Origin: a virus
Strand: one strand, 5' to 3'
Virus record (IMG/VR): IMGVR_UViG_3300022890_000014
Span: 86,745 to 150,744 of that record
Length of the DNA: 64,000 nucleotides
The position numbers and the translations under genes are program-made. Within the stretch, counting starts at the first letter, position 1, and each line of letters opens with the position of its first letter. Below, one piece after another: positions 56,364 to 64,000 of this stretch. A model generated the notes under the pieces. The model was given only the letters and a program-made list of their open reading frames with translations. It ran no database searches and was not told the DNA's origin.

Positions 56364-58568
56364 TTGATGAGTTCACTAACACCTATCTTCATAAATACAG
56401 GCGAAGCCCGTATAAATACAACGCCTGTTCCGGACTCAGTAGCGGAATGGGATGACTTTCTTCCAAATGAGTTACTAAGGCAGCATCCATCTTTATCTAA
56501 TAGACCTAGCAAGGTTGTGTATATAGATATAGATGAGGAGCAGTCCGACGGAAGAGGATCTATTCTAATTACATCTAATCAAGTTCCTATCATGCATGTT
56601 CCATTTGTTATTCGTTCTGGTCATCTCCATCCAATGGATGTGTACTACGAAGAAGGCAAAGAAGATGAGCCTAAGCCACTAACTAGAGACAGAATTAGAA
56701 AAGTACTATTCCACTCTAGAATCATAGAAGGTCTAGCTCCTAGAACTAATAGAGGAGAACTATCCGATACAGCATACAAATCTATACCTCCTTCTGGTAA
56801 TAATAGCTGGGGTTCTGATGGAAGCTTTGGTAAGCAAGCAGGATTCGACTTAGACAAAGCAGTGCGACGTTGTATCGAAAACATCCATGTCAATACTAGC
56901 GTTCTTGATTCGGCAGTAAAAACTGCATCTGCTGAGATGTACTCGATTTATGAACGAGACATGAAGACTGTTGAGGGAACTAATGCTATTCATTTGATGC
57001 ACAAACGAGGATACACAAACGCAATAGAGAAAGTTATCCTTGGACAAAAGAATGCACAGCCTTTCAGTAAGATTGCATCTGTAAACAAAGACCAGATATA
57101 CCCAGAGACAATAAGACTAAAGAAAGTCCATCCAGGTGCATACGATACGTTTGTTAGCTGGTCTGGCAAGAACACACCTATGTCTAAACTCTCGGCCCTT
57201 ACTGTAAGAGAAGCCAAGGAAGTCGTTCAAAGTATAGACGCTAACCCATCAGTTCATATAAACGATGCGGAACACCAAGGCGAAAAGATAATCTCTGCTA
57301 TACGGCATGAGCCAACTTCTAGTAACGTAAATCTTACAGAAGACCTAACTCCAGAGAAATGGATTAAGGCTACTAAGGAAGACAACTGCAAAGTTTCAGT
57401 GTTCAATAAAGCCTCTGGAGCATCGCTAAAAGGTAGACTGTTTGGAAACGTAGTGTCTCCCTCTGGTGGATCGACTGGCAAGAAGCTCTTTGTAATGGGT
57501 GGCGACAAGTACTCTTATCAGGCAGGAATGGTAGTTGAGAAGATGGACGGAGAGCAATTTGACTCTCCAGTTGTAGACTTAGCAACGGAAACTCCTGAAG
57601 TCGGACAGATGGGAACATTCTTATCTGGCGACGACAAGAGCATTATGACTCCGTTCAAAATCGTAGCACTCTCTCATAAGTGGGGAAGTGATACGTTCAC
57701 TGTTGAATTTGACGGTGGAGGCAGAGCTTTGATTTCCGTGTCTGGTATGGCAATCAAGCCTCTTCGAGCAAGCAAAGCTGGAATGTCAGATAGATCTATT
57801 ACTAGAATGTCCTCAGAGCATAACGAAAACTTTGGCTTTTCTAAAGATCCAGCGTTCTTAATCCCTGAGTCGTGGCAGTATATACGGCTTGGAAGTTCAA
57901 TTGATGTTGAGTCTGAAGTCAAAGAAGCAGAAAAAACAGCCGCTATTGGCATGATTGATTCTGACCCAATCTCTGTTAAGTGCTTGTCTGTAGGAAACGA
58001 CTGTGATGAGTTCAAGATTGTGTCTAGTAAGTTGAACCAAGAGAAGGTAGCTGGCGGCTGGGGATACAATACAAACAATCTATCCAAGATTGAAGCGTTC
58101 CATTGCCTGCTTTCTGTAGGAGTTCCTGGTGATGTTGCAAACAGATCTATCAAGACAGCAGAAGCAAAAGGCAGGGCGACAATAAATGGAGTGCGTAAGG
58201 CTTACGCACCGAACTGGAGTGTCAAACTTGCAGTAGCAAAGATGGAAAATGCCGCACCAGTCATAAAAGAGATTCGTGGACTAGTAGAGAAAGAGAATAT
58301 CGTAAAACTAGCGTCTCAGATGCAGGACGATGGAGTATCCTCTAGTGTATTAGCAACAGGACTAATTGGACCAGAGAACTACGAAGAGTTTATAGAGAAC
58401 ATCCCAATCCTTGAGAAAGCAATATCCTTCATAGCGACACTACTTCTTGCTAAGAGACTCGATCAAGAACTTGAGTTCGACGAAAGATCTCTGTCGTCAG
58501 CAATGAGATTGATGGATACTGTAGTTCACAAGCTCGAAAAACTAAGAGCGGTTTCTCAACCCTCATGA
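56364..58568 (+). CDS. Large K-x-A-rich putative head/core protein
   Basis: GKQAG, VKTAS, SKIAS, EKTAA, EKVAG, IKTAE, VKLAS. Confidence 0.65.
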   Translation: MMSSLTPIFINTGEARINTTPVPDSVAEWDDFLPNELLRQHPSLSNRPSKVVYIDIDEEQSDGRGSILITSNQVPIMHVPFVIRSGHLHPMDVYYEEGKEDEPKPLTRDRIRKVLFHSRIIEGLAPRTNRGELSDTAYKSIPPSGNNSWGSDGSFGKQAGFDLDKAVRRCIENIHVNTSVLDSAVKTASAEMYSIYERDMKTVEGTNAIHLMHKRGYTNAIEKVILGQKNAQPFSKIASVNKDQIYPETIRLKKVHPGAYDTFVSWSGKNTPMSKLSALTVREAKEVVQSIDANPSVHINDAEHQGEKIISAIRHEPTSSNVNLTEDLTPEKWIKATKEDNCKVSVFNKASGASLKGRLFGNVVSPSGGSTGKKLFVMGGDKYSYQAGMVVEKMDGEQFDSPVVDLATETPEVGQMGTFLSGDDKSIMTPFKIVALSHKWGSDTFTVEFDGGGRALISVSGMAIKPLRASKAGMSDRSITRMSSEHNENFGFSKDPAFLIPESWQYIRLGSSIDVESEVKEAEKTAAIGMIDSDPISVKCLSVGNDCDEFKIVSSKLNQEKVAGGWGYNTNNLSKIEAFHCLLSVGVPGDVANRSIKTAEAKGRATINGVRKAYAPNWSVKLAVAKMENAAPVIKEIRGLVEKENIVKLASQMQDDGVSSSVLATGLIGPENYEEFIENIPILEKAISFIATLLLAKRLDQELEFDERSLSSAMRLMDTVVHKLEKLRAVSQPS

Positions 58569-59422
58569 TTCCGTTTAGTAGATTCCTACTGGCAGTTTTG
58601 CTTCTGCCTGTAAGTATGACAGAGAGGGTTCGTACTCTTTCTAAGTACAAGTGTTTTGGTGTAGGTAGTGAATCTATGCAGTCGCTCATGGATGATTTAT
58701 CTTCAGATGAGAGTCTCCCAGAAGGGATAAGTCAGATGTGGCAGTCTGACTATGAAACAATAAGCGAGACTCCACCTCAACTATTAGCAGTAGCAAAATC
58801 GTTTGCAATGGAACTAGAAATCCTCGACTATTACAATTTCTTACTTGGGGATGAGCCAACATCGATAGTAGAAAAAGTAATGAATACAGCCTCCTCTTCT
58901 TCGACATATAGGATAGTCTCAGTGTTATCTATGCTTGAGGAAGGAAGAGAGGTGATTGTTGAGTCAATCAAGGCACGGAAGAACATAGACCTTGATTACG
59001 ATCAGATAGACTCATACATCCATATGTTTCTAGACTTTAGTGATATGTCCGAAGATGAAATATCCACATGGGTCTCTTCTCATACTAACTCAAGAGATAG
59101 ATATATATATAGATTAGCTATATACGAACCCAAGTTTATGGTCTTTGATGAACTAGGCATACCAAGCTCGTTAACTTTGGCTGAAACATCCGACATGATT
59201 ATGTCTAGATCTGCAAGGAAGTTTAATGTGCTATCTAGAAGTAATCATGTCGGTGCAATGAAGGAAGCTAGAAGCTGGGGTAAGCTGGCACTAGAATCCT
59301 CTAAGGATAACGAGAAATCCAAGACTGGAAACATTCATGACTTCCTAGCTAAATTCCAAATATCCCTCCTTGAAATCGACGATGAATCCATCGAAAGACA
59401 CAGCGAAGACGAAATCAGCTAG
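58565..59422 (+). CDS. Hypothetical protein
   Basis: ATGA-coupled to 56364..58568. Confidence 0.65.
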   Translation: MIPFSRFLLAVLLLPVSMTERVRTLSKYKCFGVGSESMQSLMDDLSSDESLPEGISQMWQSDYETISETPPQLLAVAKSFAMELEILDYYNFLLGDEPTSIVEKVMNTASSSSTYRIVSVLSMLEEGREVIVESIKARKNIDLDYDQIDSYIHMFLDFSDMSEDEISTWVSSHTNSRDRYIYRLAIYEPKFMVFDELGIPSSLTLAETSDMIMSRSARKFNVLSRSNHVGAMKEARSWGKLALESSKDNEKSKTGNIHDFLAKFQISLLEIDDESIERHSEDEIS

Positions 59423-59507
59423 TAAAAAAAAGATAGCGGTATAAGCTTTATAGTGTTATACTGTATCTATATTTGTATACAAACAATCAAGTTTAAGGGA
59501 GAACTCC

Positions 59508-60188
59508 ATGAAGAGATCAGAAAAGAGAGATCCTAAGTTGGTAAAGGTGGCATTCATGCAGTACATGAAAGACAATGGTAGAAATCCTCTAACCATATTT
59601 ATACTGGAGGGGGGAGGGAAGATTGGTTGCTATACTAGCCCTGCTGGTGAAATGCTATCCAAATTCTGTGATGAGAATAAGATTTGGCATAATGATAGGT
59701 CTGGAATCATAAATGAATTATTCGGTGTCAACTCTAAGAGTGAGAAGTTGCGTAAGGCTTACGCAGAGCAAGAAGGTAAGGTCGAGCCAGAAGAGGCACC
59801 TGTCGAGCACACTCCTCCAGAAAGAGAAGATGTTCTGTCTATGTTTAAGGCTATTAGTGAAGACATACTAAGAACTGAAAACTTAATAAAAGGAATGCGT
59901 TATCATATAGAGATGATGGGCGGTGATGATCCAGTAGGAATAGACCGCGAAAGATTAAGAGCCACATACGTCAATAACATGTCTAGAGACATTGTTTGTT
60001 TTATAGAGGCTCTTAGACAGGACTACAAACAACTGTTTATCGAGGCATTCTGTGCTGGTGACTCTAGTGTTCACGAAGAAGCTGTGAAGCTAGCAGAAGA
60101 TCGTACTAGTAAGAAGCTAATTAATCACTCTATCAGAAAATTCTTAGACGAGAACAAATACGATGGACCCAAACAAAGAAAGGCGTAG
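59508..60188 (+). CDS. Hypothetical protein
   Basis: GGGGAG RBS; GGTATAAG upstream; contains a palindrome copy. Confidence 0.65.
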   Translation: MKRSEKRDPKLVKVAFMQYMKDNGRNPLTIFILEGGGKIGCYTSPAGEMLSKFCDENKIWHNDRSGIINELFGVNSKSEKLRKAYAEQEGKVEPEEAPVEHTPPEREDVLSMFKAISEDILRTENLIKGMRYHIEMMGGDDPVGIDRERLRATYVNNMSRDIVCFIEALRQDYKQLFIEAFCAGDSSVHEEAVKLAEDRTSKKLINHSIRKFLDENKYDGPKQRKA

Positions 60189-60398
60189 AAAATGGCGTTT
60201 GAATTTGACCACAAAAAGTCTACAACATGGGCAGTGCTGAAATATGCAAGGAAAGAATGATTAGGATGAACTACTACACAGCAGAAGAGCTTGGTAGACC
60301 AGTCGAAAAGAAAGTTCGCAGAGGGTATAAGCGGAGTAGAAGGAAAAGATATTATGCGAAGTAAAACATTCGGCAAATCATATTTCTAGGAGAACAAA

Positions 60399-63300
60399 TT
60401 GAAACAATTCGTACACCTACACATGCACACAGACTATTCTTTATTAGATGGAGTCAACACAGTCAATGGAGCAATAGAAAAAGCGTACAGAATGGGGAAT
60501 CCAGCTATTGCCATAACAGACCACGGCAACATGTATGGTGCTATCGAGTTCTACAAGCAGGCGATTAAGACAGGGATAAAGCCTATAGTTGGATGTGAAG
60601 TGTATGTTGCTCCTATATCTATGAAAGATAAAGACCCCAAGCAGAGATACTACCATCTTACCCTGCTGGCTCAAAATATAGACGGGTATAGGAACCTGTG
60701 TAAGATGTTAACAATAGCTAACGCAGAAGGGTTTTACTATAAGCCAAGGATCGATCTAGACCTATTGCAGCAAAATTCAAAAGGAATAATAGCTCTATCT
60801 GGCTGCATGTCTGGTGAAGTACCAAGAAAGATACTACGCACTGAGTATGATGAAGCAAAAGATAATGCTCTAAGAATGGCTAGAATGATGCCAGGAAGAT
60901 ACTTTCTTGAGATTCAAAAGAATGGTATCGAAGAGCAAGAGCACATCAATAGAATTCTTACTGAAATATCCAACGACATCAAAGTTCCACTTGTAGCCAC
61001 AAATGATGTTCATTATCTAGACGAAGGCGGGCACGAAGATCAAGACGTACTTATTTGCATAGGTACAAAAAGCTGCGTCCATGATAGCAATAGAATGCAG
61101 ATTCACACGGATACTCTATGGTTGAAGTCTCCACAAGAGATGCGCAGTAAGTTTGACAAGTATAAAGGTGCTTGTGATATAACGCTTGATATAGCTAACA
61201 TGTGCAATCTTGAGATACCTATGGGGAAGACTAGCTTCCCAGTGGTAAAAATAGACAAGAAGAAATACTTCTCAAGTACAGAGATGTTTGCCAAGCTAGC
61301 TACTGGTGGTTTGGCTCAGATATTTGAAGACAAGTTTATCACTGGTAAAGATAGGAGAGTGTACAAAGATAGACTTGAAGAAGAGATGGGCATCATAATA
61401 AAGATGGGGTTCGTGGATTACTTCATCATAGTCTGGGACTTCATAAAATGGGCAAAAGACCACGATATACCAGTCGGTCCAGGTCGCGGTAGTGCTGCTG
61501 GAAGTTTAGTTGCATATGCGCTAGGAATCACTGCTATCGATCCAATGCCTTACGACTTACTCTTCGAGAGGTTCTTGAACCCGTCTAGATTATCATGGCC
61601 TGATATTGATGTGGACTTCTGCGAGAATGGAAGAGATAAAGTCATTGAGTATGTATCAAACAAATATGCAGTAGAAGGAGGTCCAGCAGTAGCACAGATA
61701 GCTACGTTCGGTAAGCTCAAGGCTAAGGCTGTTATTCGTGACGTACTAAGAGCGCATGATGTACCTCTAGATATTGCAGATGAACTTGCGAAACTTATTC
61801 CTGTGAGACCAGGAATCTCTCTGAAAGAAGCTATAGAGGAAGAGCCTAAGATAGAGAAGTTGGTAGCCAAGCACAATATTGAGGATGTGTTCAAGTATTG
61901 CCATAGACTTGAAAATATTAGTAAGAGTGTTGGTGTTCATGCTGCTGGTGTAGTTATTTCTGATGGTCGCCCACTGTTCCACTACTTGCCCACACAAATA
62001 CTGAAAGGAAAGGTTGCAACTCAGTATGACATGAAATGTACTGAGGATGTAGGACTAATCAAGTTTGACTTCCTTGGGTTGAAAAACCTCACCACAATCA
62101 AGAGATGTATCGATAGCGTAAGGCTTACGCGTGGAATAAAGATCGATATTTCTAAGATACCTCTGGACTGCAAGAGAACCTACAAGATGCTACAGTCTGG
62201 CGACTCATCTGGAGTATTCCAGCTTGAGTCAGGTGGAATGAGCGATGTCATGGTTAAGCTGAGACCAACAGAGCTTGAAGATATTATCGCTCTAGTAGCA
62301 CTATATAGACCTGGACCACTACAGGGTGGAATGGTGGACTCGTTCATCAATAGAAAACATGGCAGAGAAGCTGTAGAGTATGAGATACCTGAACTAGAGG
62401 AGATCCTGGCAAGAACATACGGTGTATGTGTGTACCAAGAGCAAGTCATGCAGATTGCAGCTAAAATCTCTGGATACTCTATGGCCGAAGCTGACTTCCT
62501 TAGAAAAGCTATGGGAAAGAAGAAGCCAGAAGAGATGGAAGAGCAGAGAGTTAGATTTGTATCAGGTGGTGTGGAAAAAGGCTTCACTAGAAGGAAAGTG
62601 GAGTTCCTATTCGAGATGTTGGAGAAATTCGCTGGCTACGGATTTAATAAATCACATTCGGTAGCATATGGCCTAATTGCGTACCAGACAGCATGGCTAA
62701 AAGCTAATTTCTATCCTGAGTACATGGCGGCACTTATGACAGGGGACCACAACGACTCAGATAAGATACGTAACTATTGCGATAATTGTAATAGAAACAA
62801 CGTGGAGGTTAAGCCTCCTAGTATAAACACCTCTGGCTATGGCTTTGCTGTATCTAAGAGTAATATCTTGTTCGGCCTGTCTGCAATCAAGGGTGTTGGT
62901 GACTCCGCTATTGATGCAATCCTAGAAGAGAGAAAAAACGGAGAGTTTGAATCAGTCTATGACTTCTTTGAAAGGATACGTTTATCAAAGGTTAACAAGG
63001 CTGTCATAGAGTCCTTGACTAAGAGCGGTGCATTCCATATCTATGATAGGAACCGCAAGAGTATCTTCGATATGATACCTAAGCTGATTGAGTATGGCAA
63101 ACTTTTTCAGTCAAGGGAAGGTATGGGTCAGATGCTCATGTTTGACGTGGACAATAGACCTCACATTGATATACAAGATGAGTTCATAAAGACAGAGATA
63201 CTTGGGTTCGAGAAAGACCTACTTGGAATGTATGTCAGCACTCATCCGATGGAACCCCTCGAATCTATTACAAAACTCATAAGCAATTCCGCTAGTGTAA

Positions 63301-63821
63301 GGAAGCTAAGGAAAAAGAGAAATCTTGTTGTTGCTGGCGTCATATACAACGTGCGTATAACAAAGACCAAGAAAGATAGCAAGCCTATGGCTATCATACA
63401 GATTGAAGACATGAAAGGTAGCATTGAAGTTCCTGTATTCCCTGAGTGCTACAAGACATGCTCTGACCTGCTGAATCTAGGTGATGTTGTATTCGTTAGT
63501 GGTTACGGTAGTGGAGAGACCGGAAAGGCCAACGTTGTAGCCAAGAAGGTTATCCAGCCAGATGAAGCTGTAGCAAAAATAGTTCGCTCTGTTGCAATCA
63601 AGATAAAGGAGAGTGAGTTTGACAGCCATGCTCTCGATAGGCTTGTCTCAACAGTCGAAGAGTGTTATGGGTCATCTGAGTTGAAAGTAATTATCTCAAC
63701 AGAGAAGAGCAGTATCGAGATGGAATTCTCTGAAGACATCATGGTTAACCCCATAGTGTTGGTTGACTCTATGGAGAAAGAGTTCTCTGATAAAACATAT
63801 TCTGTGATTTGTAGAAGATAG
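60399..63821 (+). CDS. dnaE: DNA polymerase III alpha subunit (C family)
   Basis: PHP domain HLHMHTDYSLLDG and TDHG, GPGRGSAAGS, PDIDVDF, KFDFLGL, GYGFNKSHS, HhH, C-terminal OB fold. Confidence 0.97.
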   Translation: MKQFVHLHMHTDYSLLDGVNTVNGAIEKAYRMGNPAIAITDHGNMYGAIEFYKQAIKTGIKPIVGCEVYVAPISMKDKDPKQRYYHLTLLAQNIDGYRNLCKMLTIANAEGFYYKPRIDLDLLQQNSKGIIALSGCMSGEVPRKILRTEYDEAKDNALRMARMMPGRYFLEIQKNGIEEQEHINRILTEISNDIKVPLVATNDVHYLDEGGHEDQDVLICIGTKSCVHDSNRMQIHTDTLWLKSPQEMRSKFDKYKGACDITLDIANMCNLEIPMGKTSFPVVKIDKKKYFSSTEMFAKLATGGLAQIFEDKFITGKDRRVYKDRLEEEMGIIIKMGFVDYFIIVWDFIKWAKDHDIPVGPGRGSAAGSLVAYALGITAIDPMPYDLLFERFLNPSRLSWPDIDVDFCENGRDKVIEYVSNKYAVEGGPAVAQIATFGKLKAKAVIRDVLRAHDVPLDIADELAKLIPVRPGISLKEAIEEEPKIEKLVAKHNIEDVFKYCHRLENISKSVGVHAAGVVISDGRPLFHYLPTQILKGKVATQYDMKCTEDVGLIKFDFLGLKNLTTIKRCIDSVRLTRGIKIDISKIPLDCKRTYKMLQSGDSSGVFQLESGGMSDVMVKLRPTELEDIIALVALYRPGPLQGGMVDSFINRKHGREAVEYEIPELEEILARTYGVCVYQEQVMQIAAKISGYSMAEADFLRKAMGKKKPEEMEEQRVRFVSGGVEKGFTRRKVEFLFEMLEKFAGYGFNKSHSVAYGLIAYQTAWLKANFYPEYMAALMTGDHNDSDKIRNYCDNCNRNNVEVKPPSINTSGYGFAVSKSNILFGLSAIKGVGDSAIDAILEERKNGEFESVYDFFERIRLSKVNKAVIESLTKSGAFHIYDRNRKSIFDMIPKLIEYGKLFQSREGMGQMLMFDVDNRPHIDIQDEFIKTEILGFEKDLLGMYVSTHPMEPLESITKLISNSASVRKLRKKRNLVVAGVIYNVRITKTKKDSKPMAIIQIEDMKGSIEVPVFPECYKTCSDLLNLGDVVFVSGYGSGETGKANVVAKKVIQPDEAVAKIVRSVAIKIKESEFDSHALDRLVSTVEECYGSSELKVIISTEKSSIEMEFSEDIMVNPIVLVDSMEKEFSDKTYSVICRR

Positions 63822-63938
63822 TAGCAAGAAGAGACTTCACATCTCTTTTTATCATAAAGTGGTATAAGAACTATAGTTGTAGAAATATTAGTGTTAGAAA
63901 AGGATCTAAGACATCAACTACACAACAGGAGAATAATT

Positions 63939-64000
63939 ATGAAATTAAACGCCGAGAAACTAAGAGACGGATACTTTAGTGGTGCAGACCTTCGTAGTGC
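63939..64000 (+). CDS. Partial gene, probably a pentapeptide-repeat protein
   Basis: MKLNAEKLRDGYFSGADLRS..., AGGAG RBS; N-terminus resembles that of 53352..53963. Confidence 0.5.
   Translation, partial: MKLNAEKLRDGYFSGADLRS

Larger units (their letters stand above)
614..62131. repeat. Dispersed 17-bp palindrome TGCGTAAG-N-CTTACGCA, about 36 copies
   Basis: Perfect 15-bp core GCGTAAGNCTTACGC in 17-mers starting at 614, 2656, 5427, 6943, 10400, 10942, 11977, 13800, 15638, 17816, 21712, 22790, 24571, 25442, 27222, 28871, 30951, 31697, 34861, 37908, 40867, 43921, 47557, 48583, 49707, 50318, 54473, 56337, 58192, 59749 and 62115. Degenerate copies at 20507, 32810, 45824, 46861 and 52419. Central base is C in 15, G in 15 and T in 1. 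Confidence 0.97.
5394..63868. promoter_or_regulatory. Recurrent intergenic promoter-like motif GGTATAAG
   Basis: + strand at 5394, 43888, 44812, 45858, 46881, 47577, 59438 and 63861; - strand at 10632-10639, 27174-27181 and 52342-52349, plus the variant GAGTATAAG at 10388-10396. Always oriented toward a downstream gene start, mostly 35-75 bp away. Confidence 0.7.

Noticed and set aside
614-62131. Palindrome as a CRISPR repeat, integron attC site or terminator
   Set aside because: Copies are kilobases apart with no spacer array, no cas or integrase gene is present, there is no U-tract, and several copies lie inside essential CDSs.
614-62131. Palindrome as canonical parS or matS
   Set aside because: The sequence does not match TGTTTCACGTGAAACA or GTGACRNYGTCAC; only the dispersed-palindrome logic is similar.
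1-64000. Stop-codon reassignment
   Set aside because: Long conserved genes are intact in code 11, and TAA, TAG and TGA all terminate well-supported genes.

Overview
A 64-kb segment of a large, probably jumbo-class, contractile-tailed dsDNA phage read in the standard genetic code. The + strand carries mostly DNA-metabolism and accessory genes: YhaM-like HD nuclease, UvrD helicase, PD-(D/E)XK nuclease, deoxynucleoside kinase and DnaE. A long - strand virion block (about 12-44 kb) holds four paralogous fibre-like genes, tail tube, a 1284-aa tail sheath, neck proteins, major capsid, many K-x-A-motif head/core proteins, an intein-interrupted prohead protease and the large terminase. A second - strand block (49.4-55.1 kb) holds a DUF932-like protein, a double-OB SSB, a YkgJ-like and a pentapeptide protein. 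The most striking unexplained signal is a 17-bp palindrome, TGCGTAAG(C/G)CTTACGCA. I counted about 36 copies by eye (31 with a perfect 15-bp core), spaced every 0.5-3.5 kb. Copies are intergenic, supply stop codons, or sit inside long essential genes in different reading frames. Candidate cognate proteins (a ribbon-helix-helix protein and a degenerate ParB-like protein) lie divergently at 10.0-11.0 kb. Other signals: a GGTATAAG promoter-like motif, a shared capsid-targeting/K-x-A cleavage code, HiPIP-like Cys motifs in a head protein, a tRNA-like RNA with an enlarged variable arm, and an AT-rich origin-like region. All family assignments come from motif recognition by eye; no database search was run.
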